A stretch of DNA of 63,805 nt, filler included, from Reticulomyxa filosa (lineage: Eukaryota > Protista > Foraminifera): the NCBI GenBank assembly GCA_000512085.1. It is 19 parts of 19 records of this genome, joined end to end, with 100 filler letters (N's around TTAATTAATTAA, not from the genome) between each part and the next. Parts side by side here need not be neighbours in the genome. Positions count along the whole stretch, not along the records: positions 1 to 22,998 come from ASPP01020577.1; positions 23,099 to 24,700 come from ASPP01046499.1; positions 24,801 to 26,988 come from ASPP01024086.1; 16 more parts are not named here. One strand, 5' to 3'. The notes below the pieces were generated by a model, which ran no database searches, was not told where the DNA came from, and saw nothing but the letters and a program-made list of their open reading frames with translations. Both the position numbers and the translations under genes were made by a program. Positions 12,711 to 26,196 of this stretch are shown here, in pieces. Each line of letters opens with the position of its first letter. Within the stretch, counting starts at the first letter, position 1.

Positions 12711-15604
12711 TTATTCAATTTCTTCAATTCCTAATGTGAAGCCACGGCTTCTCGCACGTTTCACATTTGGAGCTGGTTCAGTTTGTTTGTTATCATTACT
12801 ATTAGTGTTATTTGGGGCATCGTCTAGTGGGTCGTCTTTCTCCTCGTCAATGGACCTTGCACGTTGAGGCGACGACACGCCAGTTGGCAAAGTAGCTATC
12901 GACTGATAAGCGTTGGAGGAAGCAGAGCGCATGGTAGAGGCCAATGAGGCCGCAGTTGCCGTGGTAGAAGTACTCACTTGTGAAACAGACGATTCCGTGC
13001 TGGCCTGACTATTGGTCAAAGAGTTTTTGCGTTTTACAACTGCAGGGACATTTTTTGCTTGTTTCACGTTACGTGCGCTAGCCAAATGTTCCAATGATAT
13101 GCAGCCTCCTTCGAAATCTTTTTTATTGTTTTTCAAAAATAGAAAAACAATATTTTTTTTTTTCGAAACAAAGATCAAAGTAACCTGCTTGGCCAACATC
13201 CGCTTTTTCAAAAGCGTCAATCGAGAGGTCGCCTTTAGCATTCTTGAAATCAACCCACAAGCAATGCGAACCTTGGAATTCACAATTCGTCAACTGCGCT
13301 TTTGTAAATTTCGCTTCGAACAAATTAGCGCCTCGGAATATTGCGCCCCTGCAATTTGCGTGCAAAAATTTCACTTTTTCGAGTGTGGAATTTGCAAAGT
13401 TGACTTTGCTTAGATTGCATCCTGTTCGTCATTATTGATCGATTTGGGTGAGTGGACAAAAACGAAAAAAACAACAAAGATCCTACATATCATACAACTT
13501 GGGTACCTTTAAAGTTTGCTCCAGATAGTAAGAAGTTGGCGAAATTCATTCCAGACAGGTCACAACCACCAAAATCGACATCTTTGAGAACAGTGTCAAC
13601 GGTGAATTTCGCTTTCTTAAATTTGGCATTATTTAATTTTGCATTTGTTAAAACGGTTTTGGTGAAATCGGTTTCGGTTAAATCGCATTCCACAAAAGAG
13701 GCACGGTTACACTTGGATTCACTGAAATTAGTTCCAATCAAAATGGCCTTATTTAATATCGCACGTTGCAAGTCGACTTTCGATAGATTGACTTTCGATA
13801 AGTTGCATTCGGAAAAGTCTGTCCAGTTCAAACCAATGCGCATTTCATACATATATGGATGACAAACATACGTCTTTTTTTTTTTAAAAAAGTATATAGT
13901 GTAAAATGTTTGAATTTTATTGTAATTAAAATTCTAACTGGTTTTGCCGAGCATAGCTTGCGAAAAATTAACCGTTTGAAATTTAGCTTTGACCAACGTG
14001 GAGTTTTGCAAATCTGCGCCGGTGAAATTGCAGTTTTCAAGATTGGCTTGACCAAAATCACATTCGTGTAATTTCGCCGTGCTAAAATTGGCCTCTTTGC
14101 ATTCAATGGACACAAATACGGAGTTATTCAACAAGCTTTCCGTAAATACGACGTCAATGAATTTCGACTCTCCAAACGTGGTGTGATTCAATTGACTTCC
14201 ACGAAAGAATGCACGGTTCAGTGTTGTGTGATCAAATATGCAGCCACTCAATACCAATCCAGACAAATCGCAATCTTTTGTTTTTTTTTATAAATACACA
14301 AAAATTGTAATGTGTTACACTGTTTCACACATGGCAAGGACTATCTATCGGACATACTTTATACATAGTGTCCTTGTTACTCTGCTTTTCTTGCTCCATG
14401 TATATTGCATACATAAACATTATATGTATAAATAATATAAAGTAAAGTGTGAGGTTGGATTGCGAGGGGACATTGAAAAAATGGTGATCATACTTTTGAT
14501 GCTGCTGTGACTAAAATTGGCGTTTTCCAGGTGTGTTCCTTTAAAGATTGTGGATTCAAATCGACAGTTTTTCAAATTCGCATTTGTTAGAACACTGTTG
14601 GTCAAGTCGCTGTCTGAAAAAATTGCTCCTTCCAATTTAGTATCCTTAAAATTTGTTCCGACGCATTTGCATTGAATAAACTTTGCACCAGACAAATCTT
14701 GTCCACTGAAATCTTGTCCATTCAAATCAGCTTTTTGAAAATCGGCCCCTGCTAGTGAGACGTGACTTGCTATTTGATCTACTTGCTTCAATCGCTCTTG
14801 GACTTTTATCTACGAGAGTATTTAAAAAAGGAGGAAAGGGCGTACGCAAAAAAAAAAAACGTATACGTATAGCAAAAAATTCTCCCTTTTTTTTTTCTTC
14901 CCCTCTTTCTACCCCAAACTATTATGCCCTCTTTTGTTGTCTTGTAGTAAAAACAAAACATGATTTTCTTCAATAGCAATGATTCGGTTATGCTTTTCTT
15001 GGACTTTTTTCTCCAAGTCTTGAACTCGGTCATTCCACACCGAACCTTGCTTGATTTGCTCTCTTAGGGACGCAATTTCGTGTTTTTGTAATTCATTTTC
15101 GCGTTTTTGTAAATCATTTTCGCGTTGACGTGTTTCATCGCCTTTTTTTTGCAATTCATGCTCTTGCTTTAGTGCTTCGTATTTCGTTTCCATTTCTTGA
15201 GACTTCTTCAAATAATCATTCAAACGCTCACTCAATTTTTTCAATTCCTCGCCCTGTTTTGCTGTTAAATCGTTCAGGTATTGTAAATTCTTTTTATTCT
15301 CTCCCAGATTTGCTGACTCAATGTTTTTCAATCTCTCGTTCCATTTTTCAAACTCCTTTCCTACTTTTTCCACGTTTTCTTCGTGTCGCTTATCCACATA
15401 ATCAAATCGTAGGAGTGCGTGATCTGTAAATTCATTCCGCACATGCGTTTTGCGATCTGCCAACGGTACTAGTTTGTGGCAACCATATTCAAACCATGGA
15501 CACGCTACTGACTTTTTTGTTTTGCAAAAACAAAAAAAAGGTTTTTACTTGAATATGCCTTATGAGGAGAGATAAAAATCATAAACCAAAACACACTAAA
15601 CCAT
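12711..15604 (-). CDS. TRAF-type zinc finger + coiled coil + long pentapeptide-repeat protein (~7 exons)
   Basis: An ATG-only first coding exon (15602-15604) splices to SVACPWFEYGCHKLVPLADRKTHVRNEFTDH. A coiled coil follows, then ~400 aa of A[D/N]Lxx/Fxx pentapeptides and a Ser/Thr-rich tail. All junctions checked are GT-AG and in frame. Confidence 0.85.
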
Positions 15605-16091
15605 GTTTTGTTAAAGCTTCTTTTCTTTTTACAATATCTATGTTGAAATTGTCTGTATTTAAATATTTTTCTAAACAAAAGTGTCCCGAAATGCCGGGCA
15701 GTTAACCTCTTTCATTACTGTAACATGAAAACACTTTCTTTCCTTGTCTCACGCAATAGTAGTTGATGCGAGACTTTGTATATTTCACAACAAAGCTGTT
15801 CAAAGCGAGACAGTGTTTACACTATAGAGTTTTATATTAGATTCTAATGTTTATGGGTTAAGACAATTCGTTTTTTGATCAGCCAAAACGTTGTGAAAGA
15901 TTTTTTTTAGTCGGGTAATTTTCGAACATATTTATATATATTAATAGCAAAATTTTTTTTTTTGGCAATACCTTGTTTTATGAGACTGCAATTTGTGTGA
16001 AGTTCTGGCTGTTCACCTTGTGATTGAAAAGTTTTGTGTTATCAAATTTTTGGATTAAGAAAAAACCAGAAAAGCAGAGAAAACAAAGCAA

Positions 16092-19000
16092 ATGACAACT
16101 GAACCTGTAGAATCTCAGACCAACCCCCCTGTGACAGGATCAACAAGTTCATGGGCATTGTACAACGGAGATGACATAACAATAGCAGCAGTTGAAAAAA
16201 TTAGTCAATTGCAGGTTATAATACACTAACAAAATATTTTTATTTTAAAAAAGGGCACTTTGTTTGGAATATATTCCAAATGTGTGAAACAGGAGCGGAC
16301 AATGCCTGAAACTCCGTCATCCGAAATGACGACGCAAGTAAACATCGACGAACTGATAATGGAAAACGTGGAGGAAGAAAAGGGCACAACCGAGAGAGAT
16401 ATGAACAGAAACGAAGAGACAGCGGAAGACCAAAGGATTGGAGTGGAAGACGTTATGGAATTGGGATATCAGGCACACGATTTAACAAGTTATATGAAGA
16501 ACAGTGACGATGAAGAAGATAACGCCGAAGTGCAGACCTCCAATGCCAATGGGAATAGCAATGACAATTGGAATAGCAATGGCAATGACAATGAGCAAAC
16601 ACAAAAAGAGGACGAATATATATTGAAAGGGACGCAATCAAGTATTGCAAATGATATTTCGCCATTTGTCAAAAAGGATCAAACAACGTATTTTTACGAA
16701 TCGCACTATTCAAAGTTAAAAAAAAATGGAGCATGTCATAGGGGAGGAAGAGAGACAATGTTCAGAAGAGTGTTACAATTGTATAGCCAATGTGTGGGAA
16801 TGACGATGATAGAAATAATGAAAGCCAAGTGTCGGAGTTGATGGACGAGTTGAGTCGAGTGAAAAAGGAAAAAAGTGAATTGGAAAAGCAATTGATGGAG
16901 AAGACGATCGAAGAGGAGATAAAGGACAAAAGCAAGAACAAGAACGAAATAACGCGAAATGAGTTGAAAGAGGTGATTGAGCAAATGCATCGACAAAAAA
17001 TGGAATATGAAGAGAAGATTAAAGAGATTACTGCGACACATAGCACCGAGATCGCCAAAATGAATCGCAAGTTTCGTCACTCCACGCAGCTATACGAAAT
17101 CGATTTGGCCAACGTTCGCAAGAATTACGAGAGCGAATTGACCCGTTTGAACGCGTCTGTGAAAGACCTGAGTTTGAAATTGAAAACGGAGCAACAGAAA
17201 GACAAGCTGATTGAATCATTGCACGAGCAGGTCAATGGCAAGTCCCAAACGATGGAAAAGCTGAAGATCCACTACGACACGGTGATCGAGGTGATGACAC
17301 AAGAGCACGAAGACGAAATGAACGAGTTGACGAGACGATTCCACGAGACGCAAAAAACATTAAACCAAAAGGTAAAGTCGCAGGAAAGCAAATTTGCAGA
17401 GCTGAATAAACAATTGGACAAACTAAAACAAAAGTTTGAAGCGGTGCAAAAAGAAAATGACCAATTCAGATCCGAACACGCACATGCACGCAAACTCTCT
17501 CATCATGCCTTCACCACGGTTAATGTAACGTCCTCTCACGATCACGACGGCAAACACGAAAAAGGAAAAAGTGTCACCACGTTGATGGTCAAAGAAGACG
17601 ACTCAAAAAAGCCTTTGCTTTCTTTCCATCGTCGAAGGGGCAGTAGCATCACTATTGAGTACGATAACCAAGGCAACTCCAGTCGCATTATGGTGGAAAA
17701 GGCGTCCAAATTTGCGGATAAAAATGTGGAGGAGTCCACTGCGGCCATTAGTGCCAATACCAATACCAATACCAATACCAATGTCAATGCCACTCACAAA
17801 GACGAGAAGGAAGACTTCCCTGTTGGAGATCCTCATCAACCCATTTTATTGAATGGAAAGACAGTGGACAAAGAGGAAGAAGAACTCAATCCCGATTGGA
17901 GTGATCACGAAGACAATGGTCGTGACAAGACGAAGACGAGATCCAAATCCAATGCCAATTCCAGTATCAATCCCTATGATGATCAGGAAAAAAACAATCA
18001 GAAAACCATTGAGACTTTGCGCATTCGCAACAAAACATTGGAAAAAGAATGGAACAACTACAAAGAAGAGGCCGAAAAGCAAATCCAAAAGTTAAATGAA
18101 CAACTCGTGGAATTAAAAGCCAATTACGATCGACAGAGTGAAGAATTTGTCATTGACAAACAACGTCTGTTGCATGCAATGAAACAAAAAGAGACGACGA
18201 TATTGAAACAGCAAGACGACGTACAAAAACTCAAAAATAAATTTGTACAATTAGCCGAAGAGAAAAATCAACAAATCAAAAACTTGGAATTGGACATTTC
18301 TGTGAAAAAAAGAGGAATTGATGTCACTTGGAGATCTGGTTGACACTCTGCAAAATGAATTGAACGATCTGAAATACGACTTCCAAGCTAATGCAGCCAC
18401 GATCCCGGAAGATGAAAAAGATAAGGAAAAACAACCGATACAAGATGCCAACGGCAATGCTGTCGATCCCAATGCCTTTGATCCTTCCTCAGATGTTCAA
18501 GACAAAATTTACACGGCGCCAATTTTGGAAACACGAGATTCCTATGGCTTTGAAAAAAATGAAATGATTGATATGGAGTTTGGATTCGCTGATGGCGACG
18601 ATGCCAATGCATTAAGTATTTTTATCTTGTTTCTTATTCTTGTGCTTGTACTACACGATAAGACTGATGATTAATGCAGATAACATTACTTTTCTTTTTT
18701 TTTTAATGTGTCATGTGTCTTGTTGAAAAGTGAGAGACGAAAGGGTCGACGACGGCAACAACTACGACGACAACGACAACGACAACGACAACATTCTGGC
18801 TTTCAATGCAAACGACAATAATCCAGACCAGACCCAAGTGGATGAATACAACATTGACGACAATCCACAGGAACAAGCAAATGCCAATGCCTATACAAAT
18901 AATAACACTGCGAAAAATGAACAAAATAATCCAGCCAACACTTCTCCGTCGCATTGGAAGAACACAACCAATGCGGCCAACCAAAGTGAAATGGCAAACC

Positions 19001-20095
19001 GAACGGACAATGTCAATTCAGAGAGCGCCAATGTCACGACAAGTAATGCTGCCAATAACGTGGAAAACGATGAAACACGGCCAACACGCGGCACAATTAG
19101 TGTCAGTGAGGGTTTCATTGCCCAAATAGAAGTTGAAAATGAACAATTGCGAGGGGAACTAGAAATTAAAAAAAAAGAGTTATCGCAACACGCGAAAACC
19201 ATCAGCGAATTAGAGGAAGTCATCAAAGTGTGGACTCAATATGACAAACGACATCCGCCGCCCAACACACTCCACATTTTGCATGTCGATGCAGCGGATA
19301 CTCCTAAAGGCAGTCCCAATCCCACTAGTCCGTCCCAACCCCAGCAATCTCAAACTCAAATTCAACAATTTGTGGATAGCATAAATCAACAAAATTTATC
19401 CGATCAGCTCATGGGTTTGTAAATACTTTCTAATCATTCAAACAACATGCATAAACATGCACTTACCACACAAATTCAATATACTTTTTATTTATTTATT
19501 TCCTCATACGATACAATAAATGTGCTGCTGATAGACAATGAAATCGCGAAAAAAAATGATTCTGCGAAAAAAGGTGATTCTGCGAAAAAAGGTGAACCCG
19601 CCAAAGAAACAGCCTCCACACAAGTCTCAGGTGGCCAACAAACGTCAAGTGTGCAATCAAATACAAATGGCAATGGCACGCAAAGCAATGTCAACGAGAA
19701 CAACCGTAAAAACGAAGATATTACCCGTCTGCAGCAAGAATTGACAAAGATGAAAGAAGCTAGCGAAACGGCGACAAGAAAATATGAGCAAGCCAAGGAT
19801 TTGTGTGAAAAACAGCGCGAGAAATTAAGAGACTTGTACAATAAATTAGAAGAAAGTACACGCAGCTTGGAGCAGCTCAGATTTTTAAAAAACCCGGAAT
19901 TCAAACCTTCGGTTCCAACGGCTGTGGAATGAATTACGAGACACAAAGAAAGAACTCAACCAAAAAATTGATTCGTTGACCAAGCAGGCCGAATCTCAAG
20001 CCAACAACCCCAAACGTTTGGAACAAGATAAGATTAATTCATTACTTATGTTTAACCAAGAGATGGAACGGATGAGAAATTTTTTTAAAAAATAG
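16092..20095 (+). CDS. Large coiled-coil / Asn-rich low-complexity protein, multi-exon
   Basis: Long E/K/Q-rich heptad ORFs 16260-16841, 16790-18343, 18318-18674, 18730-19422 and 19447-19932, ending ERMRNFFKK*. Frameshifts at the A7 run 18305-18311 and near 19927. Confidence 0.7.
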
Positions 20096-20639
20096 CAAAT
20101 AAAAAAACAAAAAAGGCAAAGTGGCAACGATGTCTCTTTGGCCTTATGGCTAAAAAACTTGTACATTTTTTTTCTTGAAATAATGTTGAGCAAACTTTGC
20201 TTGCTTTTTGTGTGTTTTTGTTTTATTTTTGTTTTGTTTGTTTTGGTGTTTGAGGTGAAAGTTGGAAACAATTGGACATATTTTTGTTTGATTTTGTGAT
20301 TTTTGCCAAATATTTTTGTTGTTGTGATGACATTGTTATTTCATCATTCTATAAGCATGATGACTATATTGTTTTTTTTTTTAAATGCCCTAGATCATTT
20401 AACGTCTTTTAATGTCTAACTGCAGTTCGACGTTTACACACATTTGTTTTGGAGATACTGAAACTTAAGCCATTGATTCAGTTATATATTTATAAAACCT
20501 GTAACGTTGGATTTGTGGTGATTATATGTCGTTCAAAATTTTAAATATTTTTGGAAAATCTTTGAAAGATTTCATTTTGTTACAATTAAATGTTGTACGC
20601 ATTTCTTCAATTGATAGAGAGCTTCTGTCGCTTGACACA

Positions 20640-20915
20640 AACATTTCTAACTTCTTTTTTCTCGTGAAGAGAACTGTTACAAATAGTCTTATTGTTATTT
20701 TGTTATCTTTCAGTTTCATATACAGTATCCACTTAAATAAACTTCACCTATACTCACAGATAAAATTTATTCGTTTTTGATTGTATGATAAGAATAACAA
20801 GCTCTTTCCAACTGACCTCAACAAATGAGAAGTTCGTGTTTGTGTAGCACACATTGAAATTCAACAAGTGGAGTGAGCAACTTCTTCAAATTTTGAAAGT
20901 TTTGGTTGTTAATGA
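20640..20915 (-). pseudogene. 5' fragment of expanded Kelch-type beta-propeller family, disabled
   Basis: Reads ...CVL/HKHELLIC*GQLERACYSYHTIKNE* with stops. Near-identical DNA (acaaatgag-agttcgtgtttgtgtagcacacattga) occurs at ~48096-48132. Confidence 0.7.
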
Positions 20916-21619
20916 TGAGGAACTATGAAGTAGTTTTGATTTTTTAAAAGGGGAAGACACGAAAAAAGCGCACTCAAAGTAAAAAAAAGTATAATTTGAC
21001 TATGAAAACAAAAATTATAATTTTCTTTAGATTATAATATTTTTGACTAGTAAAATTTTTTTTATAGTTGGATTTGTAATATTGTGATTGGAGTGTGACT
21101 TCTTCACTTTTGTTACTGTCTTTGGCAACGTTTTTTGTTGAAATTCATTTTCGAGTGGTGTAGTCGGTTCATCTTATTGTGGTGTGACTGTGAGATGTGG
21201 AAGTGCTTTTTAAAACTTACATAGTATCTTGTACTAAGTTGCTTTAAGAGTATTGATGGTAGCTGGTATAGTAACCCTTTTACTGGAACGATATGCTTGT
21301 GATAAGGTCGAACATTGCTTGCCTTAAGAGTGTTCAACGCCTTTGAGAACTTGGCAATTTCGATGCAAATAACTGGTTTTTTCTGTTTGGCAGAACAAAG
21401 AATGTAGGGTAAATTCTACTGAACATCGGGCAAAACAGAAACATAATGCCGATAAAGCGAGTCAAGGTGTTTTTAACATAATAGGATATGCTGTGGTATA
21501 TTTATTCATTTTGAGGTTGACATAGACGAGCAGCACTTATTCAAATCGCAAATAATTTAACGACTTCAAGAATAGACGAATGGAACAAAAAGAAAGTAAT
21601 GACAATAATCAAAAAATAG

Positions 21620-22720
21620 TAAGGCATCCGGGAATGCCTTTAATACAATAAATCTCAGGATAACATTTTCTCCAAGTTCATTTATCAATCTTTGCTATCG
21701 TGAAATTATAAGTATCCGAGTTGCATTTGTTGTAGATCGTATTCACAACAAATTTGCAATCAGATAGAACTACAACTATCTCGTTTTTGTACTGGTTTTG
21801 AACTCTTTCCAATGCTTGTCGAATTGCATCGATTTCACTACATATCATAAATACATTCACTGTGTCGATTTCATAACACCAAGGATACTGCATTGACACT
21901 CTTTGAATTCTTTACAATTTCTTCTTCCAATTGTCTTTCAATTTCCTTTTCATCGTTGGTGTAAATGGATCTTGAATGTACAACAGAAATAATAATGGAG
22001 AGAATGATCACTGGAATTGATTTGATATCACTTGTCCAATATTTGTCCGTTTCCACAGTCAATCTTGAAACTCCAATTAAATAAAACGACCAATGAATCT
22101 TTATTCATTTCAATTATAGTTTAGTGGTTGTGGAGGCTGAGAGAACCATGACACCAACATTTCTGCTTTTTTTTGATCTGTCTTCGCGATATTCCATCAA
22201 TGCAGGAATTACTGATATTATCACTCCTTAAATTCCATGTTTCAATTCTTCAATTCCTCTATTTTCACTTGATTACGGAAGTGCAAATAACGTTTTCCTG
22301 GGAGAACGTGTGTTTTCAATTTTTTAAATCCAGTCAATTTTAGGATTGACGTTTGCGATACCAATTCTCTTCCATTTATAAGCGTGAAAACTAAAGAAGG
22401 ACTTGTCCTGCAGAAGTAATCTTTGTGTATCTTCATGTTTTACTCCAAATGTTTCATCGTTCAATTCTTTTCTTTATTTTCTACCACTTTCTCCTCTGAT
22501 ATCTGGTTTCCACGATCGGTCTCCAACAATCAACTTTTTTGTTGATAGGGACAATACATTAATTTCATGGACATTTGTCCACCAACTGCGACGTAACTGC
22601 AAACATTCTATCAAGAAATGCTCGACAATCTTCAAGCAGGATCTTTGGATATGATACAAACAATCATTTAATCCTTTGCCAGTGACCTTGCGTTCACTAA
22701 ATGTCAATAAATCTCAAAAG
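21620..22720 (-). mobile_element. Heavily deleted non-LTR (LINE) retrotransposon remnant: RT, RNase H and C-terminal fragments
   Basis: RNase H pieces SEIDAIRQAL and VVVLSDCKFVVNTI; C-terminal VEHFLIEC; KAEMLVSWFSQPP and SIYTNDEKEIERQL segments shared with 54179-55240. Confidence 0.8.
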
Positions 22721-23217
22721 GTTGTGCTTCCATCAGGTTAGATAGGAAATAACGTGGTATAAAAAAAAAAAATATAGACTCATTAATCATCATTTTCAAC
22801 TTGCTGAAAAGTTGTTTTTGGAAGGGAATTGAAGTTGGTCAAGATACTCAAATCTTTCAAGCTTTGAAGTTAATTTTGAAATTAGGTATTTGAGATTTGG
22901 AATAATAATTTGAATATTAATTGAAATTTTGTTATTGTTATTAAGAATTTTGATTATTTATAAGGCCAGTGAAAGTCCAATCACTTGGAGATTAAGGCNN
23001 NNNNNNNNNNNNNNNNNNNNNNNNNNNNNNNNNNNNNNNNNNTTAATTAATTAANNNNNNNNNNNNNNNNNNNNNNNNNNNNNNNNNNNNNNNNNNNNAT
23101 TCCAGGGGTGGGAATCGGATCAGCAAATACAATTTTTGTTATTTTTTAAAGCTCTGATCTCTTACCAAAAAATACAACTTTTTTAAAAAAGGACCCTAAA
23201 GGAGAGAAGCCAACCTG

Positions 23218-24700
23218 ATGAACGTCGCTAAAGTTTGCAATTGGTCTTTAAAGTCAAGATCCTCCAAAGTAGATTTGAAGGAAAAAAAGAGCTTCGAAAA
23301 GAAAGACATGACACCACAATTGCGACTAGTGGCGAAAACACTACAGCAACGGTTGTGTGTGCGTCAAGACTGCAGAATACTCCAAGCGAGAGGTATCTTC
23401 AAACTAATGGAAGAGCTAATGACAACGATAACGGGTTCTGAGAATTTTACGCAGCCGAACGAACAGAGTGAAGACGATATTGTGACAAAGAGATATCACA
23501 AACCGACCTCTTTGCATATCTTTGCAAACGAATTTGTAAGCAAAGCCGCATTGGACCAAAACACAAAAGGTTATTTCACCACTCACAGTCGTCGACTCGT
23601 CAACTTTGACGACGGCGCATCTGTAGACAACAATGACGTCGATGATGTTACAAGTGCGAGATCGTACAAAAACTCATTATGATGACGTATACTACTCAAC
23701 CGCTCGTGACTATGTCATCAGTGATCGAGTTGAAGTGATTAACAATAGAACAGGTTTTTTTTTTTTTTTTTTTTTTTTAACATGCAACATGTATATACGT
23801 GTATATAATACACATGGCTCTTTTTTTTTTTTTCCAGTTTTCATTTGTTGAATTGCGTATCGATTTTTGATGGCTTAAAAAAAAAAACAATATCAGAAGA
23901 CCTTGGAAATGAAAACCTTCTTCGAATTTCAGCCGACGTATGGATCGAGCGTGATCATTACCCGAAGACAAAAATACGCAAGATGACGAATTTGAGCTGA
24001 ATCGTCAGTTTACCGTCATCAGCAAAGATTGAGAAAAAATTGAACCAGAACTAGTTGTTGATGTAAGTAGCATTAGCATTATCGCGTTGAAGAAGAAGTT
24101 GAGATTTTTTTTTTTTGGAGAGGGGGAGGAGGGAGGGGGGGACATTATTTTGTAAGAACATTTTAGATTGACGTAAAAAGGGAAAACAAAACAATTCAAC
24201 TGCTTTGGGTTTCAGATTGTCAGATACTGTGAGCAAAGGTAAAAAGTTTGTAGCTCATTCAAAGGTGGTCGCACCATCGTCGTCGTCGTCCGCTACGTGG
24301 GGCCTTTGATCGAATTGAATGTGGAGTGGAACTGGACGAGTGGGGTGCCAATGCTACAATTGGGACATTCAACGGACGTAAAAATTCCAATCGTCCATCG
24401 ATCTCAAGTAATTTGAATATTTGGCATCAGAGGCCATATAACGACGAATTTGAGTGAAGACAAGTTTGTAAATATCAAATATTACGACATTATTGGATTT
24501 GGCAAGCTTCAGCGACAGTAAAATAATTGGATTGGAATTGCAAACATTGGTGGCTCAATGAAGATGGCAATGCAAATAGAAAAGAGTATGTCAAATGTCA
24601 GCATGGCTATTCGCAAAAAGACGTTAAAAGAATTGTGGTGTCCCCCCCCTCCCCCTACAACGAGTCTACAACAGCTGCCAATTGTCACGTTTTGTCGCAT
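23218..24700 (+). CDS. Hypothetical multi-exon protein, frameshifted, truncated
   Basis: 154-aa ORF followed by coding-like segments between T-run introns. No recognisable domain. Confidence 0.4.
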
Positions 24701-26196
24701 NNNNNNNNNNNNNNNNNNNNNNNNNNNNNNNNNNNNNNNNNNNNTTAATTAATTAANNNNNNNNNNNNNNNNNNNNNNNNNNNNNNNNNNNNNNNNNNNN
24801 ATCGTTTTAGGCGTTCAGTTTTCTTTGCAACCTACTGTATAATTACACTTTTTGTAAAATAATATTAAATTCAAAATTATAATTAATCATTTTGTATAAA
24901 ACATAATTATAATAACTTTTAGTATAAAAATTATTTTTTTAATTCTAACAATTAGCAATATTTATCAGTTTTTATTGAAAATGAAATTTTTTTTTAACAA
25001 TAAAAAATGACAAAGCAATTTTGGAATGCACATGACATCACTTAATATACGATATGTACTAGCAAAGGATAATGAAGTTTGCTAGTTAATAGTATAAGAC
25101 AACACATATTGTCCAAGAAAAAATACATTTTGTGACAAAAATCTATTTTAATCTTTGTAGGACAAGTCCCTACTATAAATACTTGAACGTAAATTTAACT
25201 TAGTAATCCACAGTAGGCTAAACTTTATCAAAACTTACTTCTTTCTACTTTGTCTCTTTCCTTTCATTTCTTCTAAATTTACGTTTTACACATTTAATTT
25301 GATTTCGTTTCAATGAATTTACACTTTCTTTAAGTAGCAAATCTATCGTATTACAGTTAGTGTGAACTGTTAGAAGCATAAGTCTAACATCTTATTTGCC
25401 AGACTTAAATAACCAATCTAACAAAATACCACATTGCAACAAAAAAATAAAAGTTTTTGTTTGTTTTTGATACATGCCCACCAAACAAAAGATGAAGAGT
25501 TTACAAAAGTTTTTGAACAAAACTACTGACTAGTCACTTCCAGCTAGCCGTTCCATCACATCAGATCATGCACAACACTTGGCTCTGATATACAACATGT
25601 GGATGTATCGTATCACTTACAAAAATCAGCTCAATTGAAGACTCCATTTATTGTGGTAATGTGGGAGCAATGAAAGGCTTGTCGAGTTAAACTTTGCCCC
25701 TTCTTTTTTTTGTGTGTAAATGTAAATCACTCAAGTTTTGTGATATCATTATATACTTGTGCTTTCAGTTAGAAATACGTTGCAAATTCCGAAAGGGACT
25801 TATCTATTTTTTTTTGTTAGATCAAACATCACGTTCATGGTAAATGTCTTCGCGCAAGTCAAAATATTCACAAAGATATTATCTTCAATGAAAAAAATAC
25901 TTACAAAAACATAAGAAAACAAAGCTTTCACAAACAAATCTGCATAACTTGCACTTGCATCCACCACTGCGTAATCTCAAAACAAAACGAGCTGTAACTT
26001 AAAAAAAAATCATCAGCACTTCGAAAATGTTTTTATATTTTTCGAATGAAATCAAATACATATATTCCATTGTGCGGCTAAGCTTTGTGAGATTCAAACC
26101 ACATATATTTTTAGATTCTGATAACTTCCAAAACGTCGCACTAAAAGTGGTTCTGACCGTTGAGAAAGGGTTATATCTAAAAAAAAATCTACCATA

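Noticed and set aside
18305-18311. Programmed ribosomal frameshifting at A/T runs (also ~7960, ~19927, ~35720, 46411, ~58570, ~59936)
   Set aside because: The shifts go in both directions, mostly sit at homopolymers and also hit the bacterial gene, as expected of sequencing indel errors.
23205-23250. Hammerhead ribozyme core CTGATGA
   Set aside because: No GAAA and no consistent stems II/III; it lies at a probable start codon.
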